DNA of 53,864 bases from Pelomyxa schiedti (Eukaryota > Protista > Evosea), in assembly GCA_020536535.1 (NCBI GenBank), contig JAHLWZ010000899.1:1-53864 (forward strand), read 5' to 3'. The position numbers were made by a program, and so were the translations under genes. Each line of letters starts with the position of its first letter. Within the stretch, counting starts at the first letter, position 1. The notes under the pieces were generated by a model. The model ran no database searches and was not told where the DNA came from. It was given only the letters and a program-made list of their open reading frames with translations. Shown here piece by piece: positions 48,086 to 53,864 of the stretch.

Positions 48086-48156
48086 ACCTTACCGCAGCAC
48101 ATAGGCGCGGACCAGCGGCCGACCAACCTTACCGCAGCACATCGGCGCGGACCAGC
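48086..48156. repeat. Two-copy direct repeat (31 bp, period 40)
   Basis: accttaccgcagcacat(a/c)ggcgcggaccagc at 48086-48116 and 48126-48156, one mismatch. Confidence 0.9.
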
Positions 48157-49590
48157 CGGTCAGGCAAAAAACACCCCAAAGAGGCTACTTTGACATCAGG
48201 TTTGGGTGCAATCGTACAGAGTGGTGCCAAGGAAGGGATCGGCCGCTCCCCGCCTTATTAAAGAACAGGCCCACATAAATTGGACGCCCTCCCCTGGCTG
48301 TTCACCAGAGTGGTAACCCGCAACGCGGGCCGAGTTTTGTTTCTTCCTCTCGCATCGACTTTTGTTCGTGCCTCCCTCGCGGTCATTATGGGATGGAAAA
48401 AAAAAAGAAAGAGGAAACGGCAAAAGAAAAACAACAGCCGAAGGGCGTCGTGCGGATCTACGACAAACAGCGACACCCCCGCGCCCCCCACAACGACAAC
48501 AACAAAGACCTCCTCATCTCTTCACTCTCTGTCGAGATCTTCGATATATCGGCGCGGGGTGTCGTGTCGATCTCCGGCTCTAGTGTGCGGTTTTGTTTGC
48601 ATCAGACCAATTGTCACACCACCGCATTCCCCAGCAAACAACAGCAAGAAATCGTTCGTCTAGAGTGCATGGCATACGTCTTTTTTTTTGCGTGTTTCTG
48701 GAATGAACTGACATTGTGTTGTGTTCGTCACTGCATCATTTCCCTTTGGAGCGCTTTTCGTTCTTACTTCACTCTGGCATAATTTTGAGGTTGGAGTCCA
48801 TTATCAATTAAATGGTCTAATTGCCATTCCCAGTTTCACACGGGAAAAATAAAAGGGACGTCTGCTCCTAAATGAACGGCGACTAAAAATCAAAGAGGCT
48901 CAAAGATAATAAGATACACAGACACAGCACTGTGCGGCGCCTGTTTGGAAATCGGGCGTAGGTTCTAAAGGAAACCCAAGTTACCTTTGGCTATGGCAGA
49001 CTTAGTATGTTGGGGATTTGAGCTTGAATTGAATTTTATGGGCGCAATATATCTATTATCCACTGGTCTGAGTAAATATGAATGAGAGTTTGAACAAAAT
49101 CGACAACAAAAGCTACAAAGTACAAGTAATTCCTCTGTACTGTCATATCTAATAAAAACTTGCAGATGTACCACTATTGGCTTTGTGTTCCTGCCTAGTT
49201 ATAGGTAAATGGCAAATGTATGCTACGCATTTAACTGCAACTATAAGGTTTCATTCTACAGGCACCCTTGGAAGTGCCAACACTCTACGCTTCAGAGTAT
49301 TGATGGTTTTCCCAGCTGATATTCAATACACACGTATCTCCAGCAATTAGGATCTGTATGATAGCTACTGTGCCTTTTTGAGTGCCAAGGGAATTTTGAA
49401 TATCATGGTGCAAGAAAAGTCTCTTTATACTTGGGTACAACCTTGCTTATGCACTAATACCACAAAGGACACCAAGCAATCACAATAGAAAGTGCACCCT
49501 GTCACTAAGCTGGTAATAAACTCTTTATTTTGTTCTAATTATTGGGGAAAGCCAAAGTTTTGTTGTTTTCAAACTTTTATTTTGCTTTGT

Positions 49591-50039
49591 CTATGCCTTT
49601 GCATTAGCGCAGTAACAGGTCCTTTGGCATTTCCCCCCCCTTTTAACACAACCACACCTTTGGCTTGTGCACCGTTGGTCTACTTGACAGCGGCAACAGT
49701 TCCTTGCCTTGGTTGGCTTTTTTGGTGCCTCTTTTTGCACAGGTGCAGTTGCCTTGGCACTCGGGGTCTCCTCCTCTACCGTGTCCTTCGCTTCACTCGC
49801 GTGGTGCTGTACAGCATCAACGACGCTTTTGTCAACGTTGCCAGTACCATCGGCGTGACGTGCCACCTTATGGGGGCTGTGCGACTTAGAAAACAAAGAG
49901 AAGGGCAATAAGGGTACCGCGAGTTCTGCACGGTGTCAAGGAGCCCTACTTCCCGGCGCGACTTGCCCGCTGCCCTGCCACGTGGCCTCGTTCGAACTTT
50001 CTTCGTCTCGTCTCTTGTCTCAGTCCCTCGGCCGCTCAT
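49591..50039 (-). CDS. Small basic protein with C-terminal CXC (tesmin/TSO1/kinesin-4-like) cysteine cluster
   Basis: MSGRGTETRDETKKVRTRPRGR..., one intron, ending CCRCQVDQRCTSQRCGCVKRGGKCQRTCYCANAKA*. Confidence 0.65.
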
Positions 50040-51126
50040 TTTTTTGTTGCAACACCGACGTGCTACTAGTGCTTTCTTTTTGAAAAATTACTTAAGGAGC
50101 AACTGCAGCAACAGTAGCTCTTGTTGTCATCCTTCTGGACGACTGAGAAAAACGGAGGGATGGACATATTGGAGTGAGGAGGGTCCAAAAAGGGATGGTC
50201 TCAGTATCTACTGTCAGATGGAACCATCGGCAGGATTGTGGGAGGATCCAGGTAGTGGGGAACGGCGCTCTTATTCCTCTGCACAAGGGAAAGTGTAATG
50301 CACTCTTGTACCACACCGATGAATCTGGTATTGCTCACTTGATCTCATATATTTACCCAACTTCTTCATACTGTTAGTTCCTCCTGAGATTTCTGTTACG
50401 TTATTAAGTTATCACATCCTTCGCTTCGACTCTGCCGAGTCCCTTTGCTGGAGGAACTGCCCCTGGCTTCTTTTATTTGCTCGTGGCAGCACAGCAGGCC
50501 CTTCTTGTCCAAAGATGGAATCGGCACGTTGGCACGTTGAACACACCGTAGTGGATTCGCACTTGTGGAGTGCCAGCTTGGTTTTCCTGCCGTGTAATCC
50601 AAGTGCCTTGTTCCGCGGAACGCGGTGCACTGCAGTTGCACACTGGGGTCATTGATCAAAGTTTTCAAGTACACTGAACTCAACGGTAATCTTAATCAAA
50701 GTTGAGGGATTAGGTAAAGTGTTTCAGCATGGGGTTTACTGTGAAATCTTGTCCCATTGCAATGGGGAGTCCAGTGACATTGTCCTGCGCGATAATTAAT
50801 TCGGATTAGAAATCAGGGGTTTTTTAGGGAGTTTAAGCCGGATGTTTCTAGATGAGAAGTCCTATCCCAAGTAATGTAATTTAAGGGGATTTTCATGTTC
50901 CTTAGTAACCATCTCTTATATTGAGACCCTTATTCAATCACGTGGATATCAGACATAAGTCTCGAACCCCTCAGAATGAATTGCCCAAATACTTCTCACC
51001 TAGTCGATATGAGGTGAGACCAGAAGTATTACCTTAACCGCAGGTTCCACCCATAATGGTGCATTATAGCCAACTAAACTGAACTATTATCAGAAATCTA
51101 TAATTAACTAGACTAGAAAGAAATCT

Positions 51127-51393
51127 GGAGAGGTGATGGAGTCCCACCCTGACAAAGAAAAAGCCATTTCACTTCTGCAGGATACTGTTCAGATTAACGA
51201 TTGACAAGCATTATAGCTCAGAAAATGCTATGACAGTGGAGATGGTGTCAAAAAAGCAGTTGAGCTTTACCAGAGGTCTGTGGAACGTGGCTCTGTTCAA
51301 GCAACATATAACCTCAGCCTCAGCAAACACTGCATGAAAGGCGATGGTTTACAGTTTACCCAGAACAATCCATTTCGCTTTGAATGGATAGGG
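51127..51393 (+). pseudogene. Decayed Sel1-like repeat gene fragment
   Basis: DKEKAISLLQ...ND*QAL*LRKCYDSGDGVKKAVELYQRSVERGSVQATYNL...KGDG. Sel1 consensus with two in-frame stops and an apparent frameshift at the start (RGDGVP). Confidence 0.7.
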
Positions 51394-51833
51394 CTTCAAA
51401 TATTCAGTTGACGCTGGAGATACACTTACATTACATCCTAACAAGACAGTCGTGCTATGGACGATGGGAAGTATACGTTTTGTTTTTTTTTGAAATCGCG
51501 ATTTCTCGTGGAAATACTGTGTGTGGCAGTACTTTAATTACGGTGAGCGGAGAAAAACAAAACACACCACTTGACGAAGCATGGCACCAAGCAGGATCTC
51601 TTTTTTCTCAACAAAATGGAAAATGACACGGAATTGAAGTCTCGCAGGGCAATTACTCTTGTCACCTGTCACCCAAGCCCAAAATCAAAACTTGAGTTTT
51701 TTCGTACGAAAGGGACGTTTTCTTTTTCCTAGTTGTGTAACAAACAAAGCAACAGATAGAGGCTTGGGGTTGGTATCAGGTGTTAAGGTTCATGGCGGGT
51801 TGGTCGGCACCACAAACCGCACCGGCGCCGCGG

Positions 51834-53864
51834 TCATCCACGTCCATCCTTGGAGTCGTGACACCCACAGAATCTAGCGTGTTGCCTGCCAATGGTGCCG
51901 GGGTGTGAGCGGCCGCGGGATGACGACGTAGGCGGCACGACGGGAACGTAGCGCGGGCGCGGCGTGGGGGGTTTGCCTGCTGATGATGAGGACTTGGCGG
52001 AAACTGAATCAATGCAGGCCTGCACCCACTTTGGGTGGGGAATTTGGTACCTTGGGGTAAGCTTCAGCTTCAGGCGGAGCAGTTGGTCGCTCATGGGAGG
52101 CTCCGAAAACACTGCCACAGTACCGGTAGGATCACGTTGGATTGTGGGCGCCGATGTAGGAAATGACCAGGGATCAGCTGAGGAGGGTGGTGGCATGGCA
52201 ATTGAGATTGGGACAGTGCGGGGATCAAAGGGCGTGGAGGGGGTGGTGGAACGGTGAGAGTGGTGTGAGGCTGAGGAGTGGGAATGGTGGGAGGCTGAGG
52301 AATGGGAATGTGGGTGGGAATTGTAACGTGAGGGTGTGGAGTTTGTTGATGTAGGAGGTGGTAGGATGAGAGAAGATGATGGCTCGGCGCTGCTGGATTG
52401 CCGGGTACCAGGCAGCACTTGCTCGGACTGGTGGTGGCGCAATGAGCGGTAGGATGGTGGTATTGAGGTAGGTGAGGTCCAGTCATAGAATAGGATAGAG
52501 TCATCTTCGTCATCGTTACCACCTGCATCCAAATCTGTAGAAGACATCTGAGCATCACTGGCACTCTCAGCGGGCACTGCCACGGCCGGATCCACAACGG
52601 AACTATGAAGCACGGAGAGCTGCGGCAGTGAACCTGGAATTGAGGGCGTCGGCTGCACTGAAGGAAGTTGCAAGAGGGGTGAGGACGGAACAGCCGGAAG
52701 CTGCTGTGAGTTGTCCAGCGAGGAAGGGAGTGCGTTAGTGGAATGGGGGGGAGAGGTAAAGGCCGAGTCTGACAAGAATGAGGAAGAGGAAGAAGGTACA
52801 GTCACTTCGTATTCCATATTGCTGTGTGGAGCAGGGGAGGATGATGGCTGTGTGGGGGTAAATTGGAGTGAGGTAGATGTGGCGCAATGATGGGGAGAGG
52901 GGTGTGTGGAATATGTTTCAGCACAATCGGACATGGTAGGTCCATCATCAGCATCAAAATCTCTTATTCTATTCATTTGATCACTGCGGGCCACGGTCAG
53001 GGCCACGGAAGTGTGATCCACTGAGGGTGGCAGTGAACTGGGAATTGAGGGTGGGGGCTGCAGGAGAGGTGATGTGGTCACCGCCGATGACCGAGCTGGT
53101 GAGGAAGGGGGTGAAGAATGGGGAGAGGGAAAGGCGGAGGCTGAAGCCGAAGAAAGTGCGGAACTTGTTCTCCCATCATCAAGCACAGGGTGCTTTTCAT
53201 AATCTATTATTGGGGCATCACTACTGCTGCTAGACTCAGCTGGCTTAATAACCACTTCTCCGGAATCAGCATGTTTCAAAGTGAACTGCAGGATCCTGCG
53301 TTTTTTCACTACCAGCTTGAGAAACTCAGGGTGAGGTATCATCAGAACCACTGGAGACTTTCTATGGGCTATCTTATATGTCTTCTTCTCTGCTGTTGTT
53401 GCTGCTTCTACAGTTTTGAACCGTACATAGTTCCTTGAACTCCAGCGCCTCACTTGACGCTTACTGACTTTGAATAACTTGGCCAGGCTGTCTCTGTTCA
53501 GACTGTCTCCACCGAACACTCGTCTAGTTCTGTGGTCCTTGGGGAATGTGGCTGCTGTGCCATCATCGTTATACTCGGCAGCTGGCTCGTGCAAGGCCAT
53601 CCCGCCGCGCTGGAGTGCTCTGCCAAGCAAAGCGGACACACGTGGCCTCTCGACCACGTAAATGTGGTCACCAACAGCAAAAACTCTGGCAAAAACACCC
53701 CTTCACATATGAGAATGGTAACTGATTCATGTGGCATTACACACCCTGTTCTGAGCAAGGATCGGACTCGTTTCTCGGTCACGTTTGGACCCAGAACTCT
53801 TTTAGTGTCCTTGGGGAGAGTGAGCGGTTTAATTCTCGGAATTCGCCCCGCGCGGTTCCCTCTG
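51834..53864 (-). CDS. Hypothetical Ser/Pro-rich protein with HTH-like N-terminal segment (probably 5'-truncated by window edge)
   Basis: 607-aa ORF 51834-53657 containing NRDSLAKLFKVSKRQVRRWSSR (HTH-like). Upstream ORF 53498-53782 suggests further exons. Confidence 0.55.

Noticed and set aside
48086-48156. CRISPR-like repeat array
   Set aside because: Only two copies, a 9-bp spacer, no cas genes and a eukaryotic context.
48280-48782. Short overlapping plus-strand ORFs with Lys-rich starts
   Set aside because: No recognisable domain, and the Lys runs derive from A-tracts. I cannot choose a frame or support a gene.
1-53864. Alternative genetic code or programmed frameshifting to explain fragmented ORFs
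   Set aside because: Where conserved proteins could be traced (YdjC, EutBC, Vps51, NRS/ER, GATA), the breaks are resolved by short introns under the standard code.

Overview
Gene-dense eukaryotic (protist) DNA, not prokaryotic. About 23 intron-rich genes, with many short introns (about 40-60 nt, mostly GT-AG, at least two GC-AG) and intergenic gaps as small as 26-65 bp. Intron size and gene content suggest an amoebozoan, possibly an anaerobic archamoeba such as Pelomyxa (inference only). The ORF track is fragmented by introns, so the gene models below were spliced by hand and their boundaries are approximate. Recognisable genes: YdjC deacetylase, Bub1/Mad3-family protein with a degenerate kinase, AAA_33-like P-loop kinase, TmcB/C-type PAS adenylate cyclase, EF-hand protein, DENN protein, NAP1, GATA factor, PLAC8, SLX4-like UBZ protein, ZNF598, Vps51, NRS/ER rhamnose epimerase-reductase, RLPH phosphatase and a small CXC protein. 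Most striking is an intron-containing single-chain EutB-EutC fusion (adenosylcobalamin-dependent ethanolamine ammonia-lyase family) with an N-terminal extension and an altered substrate-site Asp. Also notable is a highly degenerate F1-ATPase alpha/beta-like protein that lacks Walker A and has a presequence-like N-terminus. The last ~5 kb has decayed, pseudogene-like sequence.
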